Shown: piece by piece, positions 50,492 to 62,078 of the stretch | Layout of the letters: every line of letters starts with the position of its first letter | How positions within the stretch are numbered: the first letter of the stretch is position 1 | Source of the DNA: a virus | IMG/VR virus record: IMGVR_UViG_3300038468_000190 | Coordinates: 64,001-128,000 of that record | Strand: one strand, 5' to 3' | Length of the DNA: 64,000 nt | Translations under genes and position numbers: made by a program | The notes under the pieces: model-generated | The model's database searches: none | The model's input: only the letters and a program-made list of their open reading frames with translations | What the model was told of the DNA's origin: nothing

Positions 50492-52168
50492 TGGCAAACG
50501 ATATCGAGTACGCCTACGACGGGGAATTCTGTCTGGAGATCCAGAAACGCCACAACTGGCCCTGGTACATCGGCGTCGGTCCGTGGCGCAAAGAGCTGGA
50601 GGGGCGCGTGGCCATCCGGATACCGACCGGTGGCATCGCGTCCGGCACCATGCTCGTGCCGCGCCCTGAGTACGACAGCTTGCCCGACGCGATCAAAGCG
50701 AAGCTCGGGCCTCCCAAGGAAGCGCTCGAGGATACGCGCGAGCAGGCCGACGCGGCCGAAGCACTGGGCCGGGCACTGGTCGCGCTCAGCCGACGAAGAA
50801 CACGGAGACGCTGAGAGCATGAAAGCAGAGATCATCGACCTCGGAGGCGGCGAACGCGTCGTCATCGGCAAGATCAAGCCGCTCGGCGCGCGGGAGTTTT
50901 GCCGCGAGCTCCACCGCGGCGAGAGCGGGAAGTTCGCAAACATGCACGTCCTACTCACTCGGGATGAGCTCGCCGAGCTCGGCGAGGCGGTTCGGGCTCT
51001 TCTCGAGGCGGCCAGCCCTGTTCCCTACGGCCCGAGGATCCCGGTCGACGAAGCCGAGCTCCGGCGCCGGTGCCAAGAGTGCGGAGCCCCCGCGACCTTC
51101 ATGCGGACCGATACAATCGTCGGCGGGGGGCACCGCAGGACCGTCTACTGGTGCGATGAACATGACGACGGCAGAGCCGAGATGGAGCCGTGATGACAAA
51201 CGAGGAACGTATTGAACGCGCCGAGCGGTACGTCGTGAAGCTCCTGACGTCCCAGTACCGGGACCGCATCTCGAACCTCGAGAGCAAGAACATCGGCCGG
51301 CAGTCCAAGGTGCAGAAACGATGGATCGCCGAAGCGAAGGCGGCGCTACAAGCCGCAGAAGACGACGCCCGGATCATCTTCCGGGAAGTGATCGAGGGCA
51401 GACTGGAGCCGTGATGCAAGCGAACAAGGACCACCTCCTCCACATCGGAGAACTACTCGGCATCGTCTTCGGCGGCAGGCCCAATACGGTGCAAGTGCTG
51501 TCGGCAATCGCTGCCAAGATCCGAGACATCCACGTGGCGATCATCCGGCTCTACCCGGACGACACCATGCTCGGCGGGCACCCGGCCGACTGCAAGCGGC
51601 GCATCGATAGGCTGCTCGCCGCGGGCGCGACCAAGGCCGCTCGAAAAGGCCTCCTGTGACCACCGCGCCGCGGAAGAACGGCTTCTTTGGTGGCCACCTA
51701 CTCTGGACGTGAACCATGGCAAAACGCAAAGCAGTGCTCCGCGTCACGGTGGAGTTCGACGATCGGGCAACGAGCGAGGTGCTCTTGTGCGGAGCACTCG
51801 ACGACTTCCTGCGAACCGCACCTGGCAAGCTCGCCGAGCCCGGCACGCCGATCTACGCAGTCTTCGGGCCGTTCGAGGTAGCCGTACCCGACTGGGCGCC
51901 GAATCCGACGGTGGCCAAGCCCGAGAGCTTATGTGCCGTGCGGGACTGCGGACGCGCCGGCGTGAACGCGACGTGCCCCTACGACGGCTCGAGTCACGGC
52001 CACGGCCGCGTCCACTACGAGTGTCACAAGCGCTGGGTCCCGTGGACCGAGCTCGAGTTCGAGGACCTCGCCGTCGGCGGCTGGCGGCTCATCTGCCGGG
52101 AGCACCTCGACCAAATGAACTCCGAGATCCAACAAGAGCAGGCCCAGAGGGCCGAGAGCACCACGTAA

Positions 52169-52612
52169 ATGTCCGACAACCGCTCAGCCTCGGAGCTCAT
52201 CAAAGAGCTCCGAGACCAGATTGCCGCGCTCCCTTCCGACAAGGAAGGTTTCGGGCGCGACGTCGCGCTCAGCCTCATGGATCTCATCCTCGAACGCGTC
52301 GGCGCCTGGCCTCCGTTCCCTGCGTCCGGCGAACGCCCCGGCATCGAGTTCAGTCTCGGGCTTTACCGGCACTACAAAGGGGGTTTCTATACGGCGCTCG
52401 GGCTCGTCTTCCATCACGAGAGCCGGCAGCCGATGGTCCGGTACATCTGCCACGAGACCGGCACCGAGAGCGTGCGCTCGCTTTACGGTCACCCCGGCGA
52501 TCCCGACGGCTGGAAGGACCGCGTCGAGTGGGAGGACGGCGGAATGCTGCCGCGCTTTTGCTATGCGGGTCCGCCGGGACACGCTGAGATCGTCCGCGTC
52601 CTCCTCCCCTGA
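52169..52612 (+). CDS. DUF1653-like protein
   Basis: GLYRHYKGGFY, HHES....MVRY. Confidence 0.7.
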   Translation: MSDNRSASELIKELRDQIAALPSDKEGFGRDVALSLMDLILERVGAWPPFPASGERPGIEFSLGLYRHYKGGFYTALGLVFHHESRQPMVRYICHETGTESVRSLYGHPGDPDGWKDRVEWEDGGMLPRFCYAGPPGHAEIVRVLLP

Positions 52613-54307
52613 AACCCTTTGGGGGCTCCCGGCCTGGGTTAGCCGGCGGTGCGGTTCCTTCCCTCTTCCTCACCGTCCGCCCCGGCCGGGGGCTTCCCAT
52701 CTAGCCCGCACGAAAGGACACTTCTACCCATGCACCGCCTGACCCCCGTGAACGCCGTTCTCGCGGGCGCGCTCGCGCGCGTGATGCCGCGTGGCGAGGG
52801 CAAGGTCGACTGGCTCGACGTCGCCGATGAGTTCGTCCTGGCGACGGCGCACACGCTCACCATCCTCGACAAGAAAGACTACGACCGCTGGGACGGCGAG
52901 CTTCGCCGGGCCAAGGAGTACCTCCGAGCCCTGGGAGTCCAGATGCCATGACGACCAACATCCGCGAGGATCACGCCGTTTCGTTCGTGGAGCTCGTAGA
53001 GAAGCTCGTCGAGCTCGCCGTCCGGGACTCGATCGGCCCCGGCCAGTGCATCGCTGCGCTCAAGGTCGCGGCGGCGTCGCTCTCTCTCGAGCTCCCGACC
53101 GAGGTCGTCCGGGCAGGCCGGGCCTTCGGCAAGGACTTCGCGACCGAAACCCCGGAGGGGGCACTTCGCGGCATGGCGCGCCGCGCGCTCGACGAGAGCG
53201 AGAAGGCGATCCCGGAGACCCTGCCCGACCAAGCGCTCAAGGACCTCGTACGGCGCGCCACGAACGCCATCACCGCCATCGACCAGAAAGACGGCCTCGG
53301 GACGCTCATCGTGCTTCACATGGCGTCGCACATTTCGATGGCCATCATGAAATCGCAGAGCACGGAGGACGAGCTCGCGATGAAGCTCACGAAGTTTCTG
53401 ACGGCGCGCCGGATGATTGCCCGGATCGAAATGGACGTGCAACAAATCGGGCATATGACCCGAGGAGGAGACGCATGACCGTCGCCGCCAAGGACGCCGT
53501 GGCCGGCAAGATCTACCGTCTGACGCGCGAGAGCGGCACGACGTACTACAAGATCTGCGACGCGGCCTCGGTCAGGCGCCTCGAGAAGCGCCTGTCGACG
53601 CAAAGCATCCAGAGCATGAAGCCGGCGGACAGGTTCGCGTGGGCGGCCATCGGCCGCTGCCGGAGCCGCGGGCACGTCCTGTCCGTGCGCATCCTCCGCT
53701 ACCGTGACGACGGCGGCAGGCCCCACGAGGCCAAGGCGTACGTCGACTTTCCTCCGGACTACGTGCTCCGCGAGGTCGAGCGTCCGCCGGGCTACAGCGC
53801 CGGACGGCGGCGCGGACTGGACAACGGCGGGGCGGAGGCGGAAGATTCATGACGACCATGGATGATCCGACACATCCGGACGAAGGCGGAGATGTCGTCA
53901 CGGACGACACGACGGTCGGTGAGCTACAGAAATGGCTAGCCGATCACCATGTGACGCTCCGCTTTCGGCTCGTGCCGATATTCCCGCTCGCTCCCGTCGC
54001 CTCGCTCACGAAGAAAATCAACGAGGCTATTAGCCTCCGACGCCACTATCTGACATTCAAACGGAACCGCACATGACCGGCCCGGTCGAGCTCGTAAGTT
54101 TCCGACGGCCACGGCTGCCATGTCGGCGTACGACGCCGACCTCATCGCTCGCGGCTGGCTCATCGACGAAACGGCAGCGCGTCCGGACAGGGAGACCAGC
54201 CGGGTCCGGCGGTGCCTTCACGGCGTGCCGCAGGACACTTGGTGTGCCGACTGCGGCCGAGACGAATTCCTCGAATCACCGTCCGAGCCCGGACAGGAGC
54301 CCCTAGC

Positions 54308-54838
54308 ATGACCCGCTCCACGTACATCACCGTGCCCGCCGACACGCGCCGCTTCTCCTGGCGAAGCCCGAACGGCAAGACCGGCTCCTTCCGCCCGAAC
54401 GGCCCGATGACGCTCGAAGGGCGGCGCGCAGACTTCGCGGAAAACCCCACCGGCTGGTCGAGCCGTGCGCCGATCTACGCCGCGCGCATCTTCGTCGGGT
54501 TCAACGTGGGGCCGAGGCCGCGCTGGACGATGAGCGACGTCGTCCAGATCGTGAAACGCGTGCGTAAGCGCCAGGTCGGCTCCCCGGACGCGACGTTCCT
54601 CTATCAGCGCGGGCTCTACACGAGCAAGGAGGACCGGTCGGTCGTCGACGAGAAGGGCGCGCAGATCATCATCCTGAACCTCTCGGGCGCGACCGTGAAG
54701 GAGTTCCGAGCGCAGATGATCGAGCTCGGTGAAGAGATTGCGGAGAAGCTCCGTCAGGAAGAGGTGATCGTCGAGATCCAGAAAGGCGGCGTCTCCAAAG
54801 AGACGATCGGGATCACGCCCGTCAGGAGAGCAGGATGA
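54308..54838 (+). CDS. Hypothetical protein
   Basis: Clean alpha/beta ORF with G.Y...E and L.QEEV. Confidence 0.6.
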   Translation: MTRSTYITVPADTRRFSWRSPNGKTGSFRPNGPMTLEGRRADFAENPTGWSSRAPIYAARIFVGFNVGPRPRWTMSDVVQIVKRVRKRQVGSPDATFLYQRGLYTSKEDRSVVDEKGAQIIILNLSGATVKEFRAQMIELGEEIAEKLRQEEVIVEIQKGGVSKETIGITPVRRAG

Positions 54839-56500
54839 GCGCCGAGGAACTCCTCAGGGACGTGCTCGCGTCGGTCGAGCTCGCCGAGGTAGACCCCCGC
54901 CGCGTCGTGGTGCGCTCGTTCCAGCTCGGGCTTCTCGCCGCAGTCGAAGAGTGCGAACGCCTCGCCGCGTCGTCTCCGGCTCTGAAGGATGACGTGCTGA
55001 AGCTCGCCGTGCGACTCCGGCATCGGGCGAAGGAAGCGCGTCTTTGATCCCCAAGACAAAGCTCTTATTCAACGGCGATGATGGCAGGAAACCGCAAACC
55101 GAGGCGCGCCGTTACGTGTACCGGATCCTCCGCACGATGCTCGACCATGAACTCCAGGACCGCGACGGATGGATGTTCGGTGGTGTCGAGCGGGAGCCCG
55201 ATGTTCGCCGACTGACGAAAGCAGTCGAGGCGGTCAAGAAAGAGCTGCTTCGCAAGGTGGCTAGGTGAGCGAAGAAAGCGAGCGTGCGCCGTGAAGCAGT
55301 CGGAGCTACGTGGCCCGGACTACCGGATCAAGAAAGAGAGGGTTCATTGACCCAGCCAATCGGCACGCAACGGTTTTGGATCTCCTGGTGGGGAGGTGAC
55401 GGAGAAGACTGCCGCCCATGCTATGTCGACCTCGCTCCGGAGTTTCCGTGGTGGTGCTCCGGGGAGCGCGAAGGAGACCCGCCATTCTCGCTCTGCGCCG
55501 TGGTTGACGCGCTTAATGAAGAGTGCGCGCTGACCATGGTGCGCAAGTTCTGGCTCGAAGCAGACCTGATATTCTGCAAACCGAAACCGGATGGGTGGAT
55601 GCCAGAACCGACGCGCTTTCCGCCGAAGGTGAGCGTGCTGGAGAAACCTGCGGTGCGACCGTGAAGCAATCAGGAAAAGGCAGATCAGGCGCCGCCATGA
55701 GATTTCTTGCGTTTCTTCCTGCGCTCGGCATCGCTGCGTTCTTTATCGGAGTCTTCTACGGACGCTCGGTAGAACGCGAGCGCGAGGCGCCTCTGCTCAA
55801 GGCCTTGACGGACCGCATGCGCGTCTCCGAAGACAAGCTCGCGGCGTGCTCGTCGAAGCTCCTCACGGAAACCCGCGGCGCCGACGCGATGCTCGAGTGG
55901 TACGAGCAGTGCCTCGACGGCCGCACGTGCACCACGGCCGGCCCGGGCCTCGAGCTCTGGCGGCACTTCAAGCCGCCGACGCTTCCGCACCACTCGCTCG
56001 AGCCATCGACCGATCTGCCCGTTGCCAAGAATCCTCCGGTGCAACCGTGAAGCACGGAGGCCACGTAGTCCCGTCGCTTGTGGATCTGGAGGAAAATCCG
56101 GACGCAATCGCCGAAGCCGTGTTCGAGATGGTGCTCGCGGCTCTGCCGCCGGAAGTGCTCGCGGCTATAGGCCCGGAAGTGCTGGACCGCTTGCGCCAGA
56201 ATCATCTCGCTCGAGTTAGGGACGCCCGACCCAGGGCGCGCAAATGAAAGGTGCCCTCATGAAAGCCAAGCGAGTCGCACGTAAGCCGTTGACACGTGCG
56301 GAAGCCGAACAGTGGGCCGTCGACTGTGAGAGACGCGCAGCGGAATACTACAAATGGTCATGCCATAACAGCGACTTCACCCCGGACCTAGACCCGCTCG
56401 CTGCACGAGACCGCCGCCATTCGGAGGAGCTACGCGCCGAGGCAGCGCGGTGGCGCAGAATCGGCGAGGCCCTCGGTCGTTAAAGAGAGAAAGGACCCTT

Positions 56501-56695
56501 ATGAAAGCCAAGCAGTTCGTACGTGACCACGTGCTCCCAGCCGGGGGCGAGCTCCTGAAGAAGGACGGTGACCACCACGTCTACCGCTTCCCGAACGGCC
56601 GCGTGATGGTCGTGCCGATGGGCGGTAAGCACAGCGAGGCCAGGCCCTACCTTGTCCGGCGTCTTGAAAAGCTCCTCACCGGCGCGGGCACATGA
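56501..56695 (+). CDS. HicA-like mRNA interferase domain protein
   Basis: 64 aa; KDGDHHVY...NGR.MVVP; AAGGA upstream. Confidence 0.6.
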   Translation: MKAKQFVRDHVLPAGGELLKKDGDHHVYRFPNGRVMVVPMGGKHSEARPYLVRRLEKLLTGAGT

Positions 56696-56785
56696 CGCTC
56701 GTCGTCGCCGGGGTGGTCATCTTCTCGCTCGGCTTCGTCTTCGGCTTTGTCATCGCAGAAGCGCTCCCCCGCGACTGAGCGGCAT

Positions 56786-57220
56786 TCACCGAAGACTCCG
56801 TAGCATCCCACGGAACGCGTCGTTCGAGAGAGCCCTGACCCCGAAAAGATCTGTCCTCCGGTCTCTCACGATGCGACCCGCCCTTGCGCCGCTCATGCCG
56901 GTCAGCATGTGGATCGCGAGCGCCGCGACGAGCGCCGAGCGGTTTCGTCCCATGTTGCAGCTGATGAGCACGCGGCGGCCTACCGAGACGTCGTGAGCGA
57001 CGGCGCTCGCCGCTCGCCAAGCTTCTCGCCAATCCTCGTCACTCGGCCGCCCCGTGTCATTGAACGGGAACCGCCGTACGATGACACCAGGGAAGCCGTA
57101 GGCTGGCGGCTGGTACTCGAGACTCGTGAGCACGATGACGTCGAAGCGCCCGCCGTAGTATCCGGGCTCGGGGGCACTGCCGACCCAGATCCCACGGTAG
57201 ACTTCTGTTGCGTCGAGCAC
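56786..57220 (-). CDS. Dual-specificity/tyrosine phosphatase
   Basis: IWVGS, FND, VLISCNMGRNRS (CX5R). Confidence 0.85.
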   Translation of the reverse strand: MLDATEVYRGIWVGSAPEPGYYGGRFDVIVLTSLEYQPPAYGFPGVIVRRFPFNDTGRPSDEDWREAWRAASAVAHDVSVGRRVLISCNMGRNRSALVAALAIHMLTGMSGARAGRIVRDRRTDLFGVRALSNDAFRGMLRSLR

Positions 57221-57270
57221 GACAGTCGACTTTAACCCAAAAGGGTCCTAGGAATCGAGCCTCCGCGATA

Positions 57271-57283
57271 TTATCGTAACGTA
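57271..57283. promoter_or_regulatory. Single copy of the 45.1-kb site arm just before the recombinase start
   Basis: TTATCGTAACGTA versus reverse complement of 45099-45111, TTATCGTAACGTC. Confidence 0.65.
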
Positions 57284-57284
57284 G

Positions 57285-60200
57285 ATGTTCTCGGAGAACC
57301 GTCCCGAGCTCGCCCTGCTTCGCGGCAAGCGCGGCCCCGACGTGCTCGAAAAGTGGACGGCTGTCTTCGGCGAGGGGCGCCAGGATACGACCGCGCGCTA
57401 CCGGGAGATCCTCGATCGCATTGCGCGCCCTACCGCCGGCGAGGGGCCGTACGTCGGCCGTTACTCCAAGGAGACGGGGCGCGCGTACGGGCACGCCATC
57501 GCCGAGTTTTTCGAGTGGTGCGCACGGCAGCATCGCCGGCCCGTCCTACCCCGCGAGGTCAGCCGGCGAGACGCCGAGGACTACGTCGCCTGGCTCGCCG
57601 ATCGGCCCTTCAGCCTCGAAGAGGAGCGCCTCCGAGACGGCGACGCCGAGGGCCGGCTTACCATTTACGAGGCCGTGAAGAAGCTCGGCTCGGCCGATCT
57701 CTCGAGCATCCGGGCGGAGCTTCCCGAGCGGCTCGGAAAGAACAAGGCCGCGCTCGCGCACGAGCTCGGGCGGATGGTCCTTCACGATCTCCTCGTCCGG
57801 AGCCCGACGCTCGACGAGCTCAGAAAAACCGATCCGCAGATCGGCATCCGTCACTTCTCCGTGCCGATGCCCGGCGGCGGCGCCATGGATCTCGACGACG
57901 TCTTCGTCTACTCGACGCCGGAGCCCCGCGGCCTCAGCCGTTCGACGATCGCGCTCCGGCTCTCCGCCCTCTCGCGCTTCTGGCAGGAGCTCTGCCGCGG
58001 CGATCCGGAGACGCCGCCGCTCGTACGGTTCAACGTGTTCGACGAGATCTTGTCGCGCGTCTCGCGGGGGCTCGCGGCCGATAAGCGCGCCGCGCGCGCG
58101 CGTAAGGCCCGGCTTACGCCCGAGCTCGTCTCGCGCCTGCTCAATGCGGCTGACGGCCAGACGCTCGTAGAGAAGCGCGACGCGGCGCTGTTTTGGTTCG
58201 TGGTGCTGATGGGCTCGCGCGTCAGCGAGGCGCGGCTCATCCTCCGGGACAAGCCCCGCGACGTCCACCACGCGCCGGGCTGGCTCGAGCCGCTCTCGAC
58301 GCCGGTCGTCGTCGAGCTCGTCCGAAAGGGCGGCGTCCACCATCGCTTGCCCTATCCGCCGTACGCCCTCCGAGCGCTCTACGCGTTTCAGACCGAGCTC
58401 GAGCGCCACGCCGCGCCCCGCGGGAGCCAATCCGAAGATCCGCGCTCGCCCGGCTACGTCCAGCCGCGCTCGCCCAAGTGGCGCTACAAGGCGCTAGCCG
58501 AAGAGCCCGACGCGCCGCTCTTTCCTCCGGTCGTCTTCTGGGGCGCAAACTCCCCCGAGCTCTACGAGGAGCAGAAACCGAATCCCCTTCGGCCCGACTA
58601 CCGCCGGCCGATGAGCGCGGCCGGCGTCCGGGCGATCTTGAAGAAGATCGCCAAGAAGGCCGGGCTCTCGCCGGAAGAAGAGCGCGCCGTCCACAGCCAC
58701 GCCTTCCGGCACTTCGCGGCGACGGCCATGGCCCGTCGCGGTAAGCCCCTCCGCGAAATCAAGACCCTCCTCGGCCACTCGAGCATCACCGTCACCGAGG
58801 GCTACGTCGAGGACGAGACCGACTTGGCCGCGCTTTCCGGTCAGAACGAAATTCTTGACTACATCGCGACCGGCGAGACGGCGCCTGGCGCGCCCGCCCC
58901 CGCGCCCGCGCGCGTGGCGCCACGAGCGCCTCCAGAAGCGCCGCCGGCTCCCCCTCGGGTCATCGAGACGGTCGGCGTCAGAGCCCCTGAGAGGCGCCCC
59001 GAAGAGCCGGGATTGCCCGCCGAGTCGCCCACCGCCCGGAAGGGCCCCGAGACGCACGAGGTCGGAAGGGGCCTCGTCGCCGTCTCGGAAAAGGGGCCGC
59101 TCCCTCCCGACCGATTCCCCGGAAAGCCCGACGTCTCGGCGGGCTCGCCCTACTACGCCTACGCCGACATCGGCTCGGAAGACGCGGCCGACAGAGAGCC
59201 CATTCACTTCACCAGGGTAGGGCCCGCTCGAGCCTCCACGCGCGCGACGCTCTACGAGAAGGCCGGCAAGAAGATGGTCCAGGAGGATCCGTTTCTCGCC
59301 CGCCACTACGATCCGTGGCCGCTCGGCTACGGGATTGGCGAGACGTCGCTCCTTCCGTGGTTTGCGCGCGGCGCTGCCTCGAAGCACGGCGACGTCGTCG
59401 TCGACGTCCGCACGCGTACGGGCGAAAAGAAGAAGGCCGTCGTCCCGCCGCTTCCCGTCTTCGCCCCCGAGCAGCTCTACTCCGAGCTCAAGGCGAAGAC
59501 GCTCTTCTCGCGGGTCGAAGCGATGCGCGAGCGGTTCCTCAAAGAGGAGCCGACGAAGGCGTTCGGGCTCGACAGGTGGTGGGGCGCCTTTCAGGAAATC
59601 AGTAAGGGCCTCTCGGCTGGCACGAAGGGGAAGTTTCGATTCGTGCCGTTCGAGTCGGCGGGGGCGGTCGGTAAGGACGTCCGCGCCCACGACGACGAGT
59701 ACCTCGCCGCCTGGCTCGAAAAGAACGCCGGCCGCTACACGACGACCGTGAGGGCCTTCGAGAGCATCGAGCGGCCGCGCGGCGGGGCGCGCGACGAAGA
59801 AGAATGGGCCGCCTTCCGGGAGGCGTTTGCAAAGGCGTCGCTCGTCGGCGTGAGCCCGGCGGAGGAACTGCCGGACTGGTTTATCTTGGACGATCCCGTC
59901 AAAGACATCTGGAAGCAAAACCCGGAGGAGTGGGAGTGGTTTTCGAAATGGATCGGCGCCGTGACGGGCCAGAAGCTCACGAGCGCGCGAAAGGACGAGC
60001 GCGCCTCCGAAGTCCGGCTCGCCGAAGAAACGCGCCGCACGCGGATCGACGAAGCCCGCGAGCTCCTCAAGGCCTACTTCGAAAGCGTCGAGACCCTGCA
60101 CCGCGCGGGGCGCGCGCGCGACAAGGACGAGGCCGACAGGGAGCGCGAGACGATTGCCCTTCTCACCGAGCGCCTGGGAGCCCTCGGCGTCAGGGATCCG

Positions 60201-61124
60201 AAGACGGCCAAAGAGCTCCCCCGCACGCTCTCGGCGCGGATCGAGACGCTCCTCTCCGAAGCATTCCCCGAAGCCGGCGTCGAGCTCGTCGACCCGAACG
60301 TCCTCGAGAGCTCGCTCTTCGACAAGGAGTCATTTCGGATTGACAGGTTCGAGCACACGATTGTCCACACGGAAGCTTTCCGCGCGGAGTTTGCCGAGCG
60401 CTACGACGGGCGGGACTCGGAGTGCGTGATGCGCCGCGCGGCGCGCGGAATGTGGGAGCACGTGAAGCGCCATGGCATTCCGATCCAGCGCGGCACCGAG
60501 CGGTCGAGCGAGTACAGCCTTCTCTACTCGGTCATGCTCTCGTACATCGCCTGGATCGTCCCCTGCCCGCCGGACATCGAGAAGCGCATGACCGAAGTCA
60601 CCAAGGGCGAGCTCACCGGCGAGGAGGCGCGCCTTCGCTACCTCGGAGCGTTCCGGAAGGCGTCCGCGCGGCTTCTTCGCGTGACGCGTGACCACGACGA
60701 GGAAGAGCTTCTCGAAGCCGCGATGGACGAAGGGCTCGACGCGATGGGCGCGGCCGAAGTCCTCGAAGCCTCCCTCGTCGAGGACAGCCTCCGGGCCGCC
60801 GTAGCGCTACCGAGCGCGCCGGTCACCGAAGCTCTGGCCCGCACGGCCGTAGAATCCGGCGCCGTCGCGGTCAGTAGCCGCCGCCCCGCCGTCATCGTGG
60901 CGCGACGCGTGGGCCGGCAGGTCGTTCGCGACGTGCCGGTGCCGGCTGCTACCTACTTCTCGGTCGGCGACGACGACGAGGATGCCGAGCTCGCGCCGAA
61001 TGCGCCTCCCCGGCGCTACCTGACGCCGAATGCTCTTCGCGCGGGCCTCGCCTCCATGCGCCGGCCCGAAGAGACGATGCCGTCCGTCCTCCGTATGATG
61101 ACGGCGATGACGATCGGCTTTTAG
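57285..61124 (+). CDS. Very large tyrosine recombinase (1279 aa) with ~750-aa unrecognised C-terminal extension
   Basis: SRSTIALRLSAL..F, RDAAL, GSRVSE, RKGG, HAFRH, LLGHSSITVTEGY: intact R-K-H-R-H-Y set. Confidence 0.9.
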   Translation: MFSENRPELALLRGKRGPDVLEKWTAVFGEGRQDTTARYREILDRIARPTAGEGPYVGRYSKETGRAYGHAIAEFFEWCARQHRRPVLPREVSRRDAEDYVAWLADRPFSLEEERLRDGDAEGRLTIYEAVKKLGSADLSSIRAELPERLGKNKAALAHELGRMVLHDLLVRSPTLDELRKTDPQIGIRHFSVPMPGGGAMDLDDVFVYSTPEPRGLSRSTIALRLSALSRFWQELCRGDPETPPLVRFNVFDEILSRVSRGLAADKRAARARKARLTPELVSRLLNAADGQTLVEKRDAALFWFVVLMGSRVSEARLILRDKPRDVHHAPGWLEPLSTPVVVELVRKGGVHHRLPYPPYALRALYAFQTELERHAAPRGSQSEDPRSPGYVQPRSPKWRYKALAEEPDAPLFPPVVFWGANSPELYEEQKPNPLRPDYRRPMSAAGVRAILKKIAKKAGLSPEEERAVHSHAFRHFAATAMARRGKPLREIKTLLGHSSITVTEGYVEDETDLAALSGQNEILDYIATGETAPGAPAPAPARVAPRAPPEAPPAPPRVIETVGVRAPERRPEEPGLPAESPTARKGPETHEVGRGLVAVSEKGPLPPDRFPGKPDVSAGSPYYAYADIGSEDAADREPIHFTRVGPARASTRATLYEKAGKKMVQEDPFLARHYDPWPLGYGIGETSLLPWFARGAASKHGDVVVDVRTRTGEKKKAVVPPLPVFAPEQLYSELKAKTLFSRVEAMRERFLKEEPTKAFGLDRWWGAFQEISKGLSAGTKGKFRFVPFESAGAVGKDVRAHDDEYLAAWLEKNAGRYTTTVRAFESIERPRGGARDEEEWAAFREAFAKASLVGVSPAEELPDWFILDDPVKDIWKQNPEEWEWFSKWIGAVTGQKLTSARKDERASEVRLAEETRRTRIDEARELLKAYFESVETLHRAGRARDKDEADRERETIALLTERLGALGVRDPKTAKELPRTLSARIETLLSEAFPEAGVELVDPNVLESSLFDKESFRIDRFEHTIVHTEAFRAEFAERYDGRDSECVMRRAARGMWEHVKRHGIPIQRGTERSSEYSLLYSVMLSYIAWIVPCPPDIEKRMTEVTKGELTGEEARLRYLGAFRKASARLLRVTRDHDEEELLEAAMDEGLDAMGAAEVLEASLVEDSLRAAVALPSAPVTEALARTAVESGAVAVSSRRPAVIVARRVGRQVVRDVPVPAATYFSVGDDDEDAELAPNAPPRRYLTPNALRAGLASMRRPEETMPSVLRMMTAMTIGF

Positions 61125-61606
61125 CGATTGCCGAGCACCGTGAACGCGCTCGCGAGGTCCTCGAAGTAGAGGCCGTTCGCGATGGTCTGGATGAGGAGGT
61201 AATCGTCACCGCTTCCAGGCGTCGCATCGATCGGCGTCCGCTTGTAGATTCCGACGACCAGCCCCGTGAACTCCCGGCTCGTCCCGCCGGCAGGATCGGT
61301 GCTCCCGTCACTCACGCCAGTCGCGTCGATGCGCAGGACCACGTTTCCGAGAAACTCGGTGACCGTATCGTTTTCCGGATCCTCGATGACGTCGAGGTTC
61401 AGCGCGGCCACGGTGCCGGCCTGCACGTCCTGAACGAGCGCATTGTCCCAGAGCACCGTGCGCGTCTCCTGGGGATCGTTCTGGCTCGAGGCCTCGGCGA
61501 TCACGTTACCGAAGCGCGGGCCCTGAGGCTGAAGGGTCGGCTGAAGAGTCGCCGAGAGCGACGTCTTCTGGATCCGGGCAGCCACTACCTTGAGTACGTC
61601 CGCCAT
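61121..61606 (-). CDS. Hypothetical, paralog of 61610-62071
   Basis: S.E..G.VV..Y...LLI.T.NGLY.E...NR shared. Confidence 0.65.
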   Translation of the reverse strand: MADVLKVVAARIQKTSLSATLQPTLQPQGPRFGNVIAEASSQNDPQETRTVLWDNALVQDVQAGTVAALNLDVIEDPENDTVTEFLGNVVLRIDATGVSDGSTDPAGGTSREFTGLVVGIYKRTPIDATPGSGDDYLLIQTIANGLYFEDLASAFTVLGNR

Positions 61607-61609
61607 AGT

Positions 61610-62071
61610 TCACCGGTTCGGGACGAGCGCGATGTGCGTGATGGGCATCTCGTAGTAGAGGCCGTTCGCGGTGCGGATGAGAAGACGCGCGATGCCGCCG
61701 TTTATGACGTAGACGTCGACGACCTCGCCCACGTATTCGTTCGAGAACTGGACCGTGATGTCAGGGACATCCGGGTCGCTCGCCTGCTTCAGGCCGACCA
61801 CGACCTTGTCCATGAACGCCTGCCTCGTCAGCACATCCGGAGGCGTCACGAGATCGAGCGCGTCTTCCCGCACGCCGCTCGCCATGAGGGCGCTCGCGTT
61901 GATCGCCCACGTGATGCCGTTATCCGCAACGGTCGCGATGATGAGGTTCGGGGCGCCGGCGACGATCCGCGTCACGACCGCGAGGACCGGCGGCTGGGGA
62001 TTCAGGTGGCCGGCGCCGAGGGTAGAGCTCGTAAGCTTCGGTCGTACCCGGTCGCCGACGGCGATGGCCAT
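61610..62071 (-). CDS. Hypothetical, paralog of 61121-61606
   Basis: Same C-terminal motif. Confidence 0.65.
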   Translation of the reverse strand: MAIAVGDRVRPKLTSSTLGAGHLNPQPPVLAVVTRIVAGAPNLIIATVADNGITWAINASALMASGVREDALDLVTPPDVLTRQAFMDKVVVGLKQASDPDVPDITVQFSNEYVGEVVDVYVINGGIARLLIRTANGLYYEMPITHIALVPNR

Positions 62072-62078
62072 GCCAGAG

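Larger units (their letters stand above)
45514..56483 (+). other. Array of small coupled hypothetical genes, rightward arm
   Basis: Successive overlapping stop/start junctions, e.g. 47358-47555, 47552-47836, 51190-51414, 51716-52168, 52948-53478. Confidence 0.7.
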
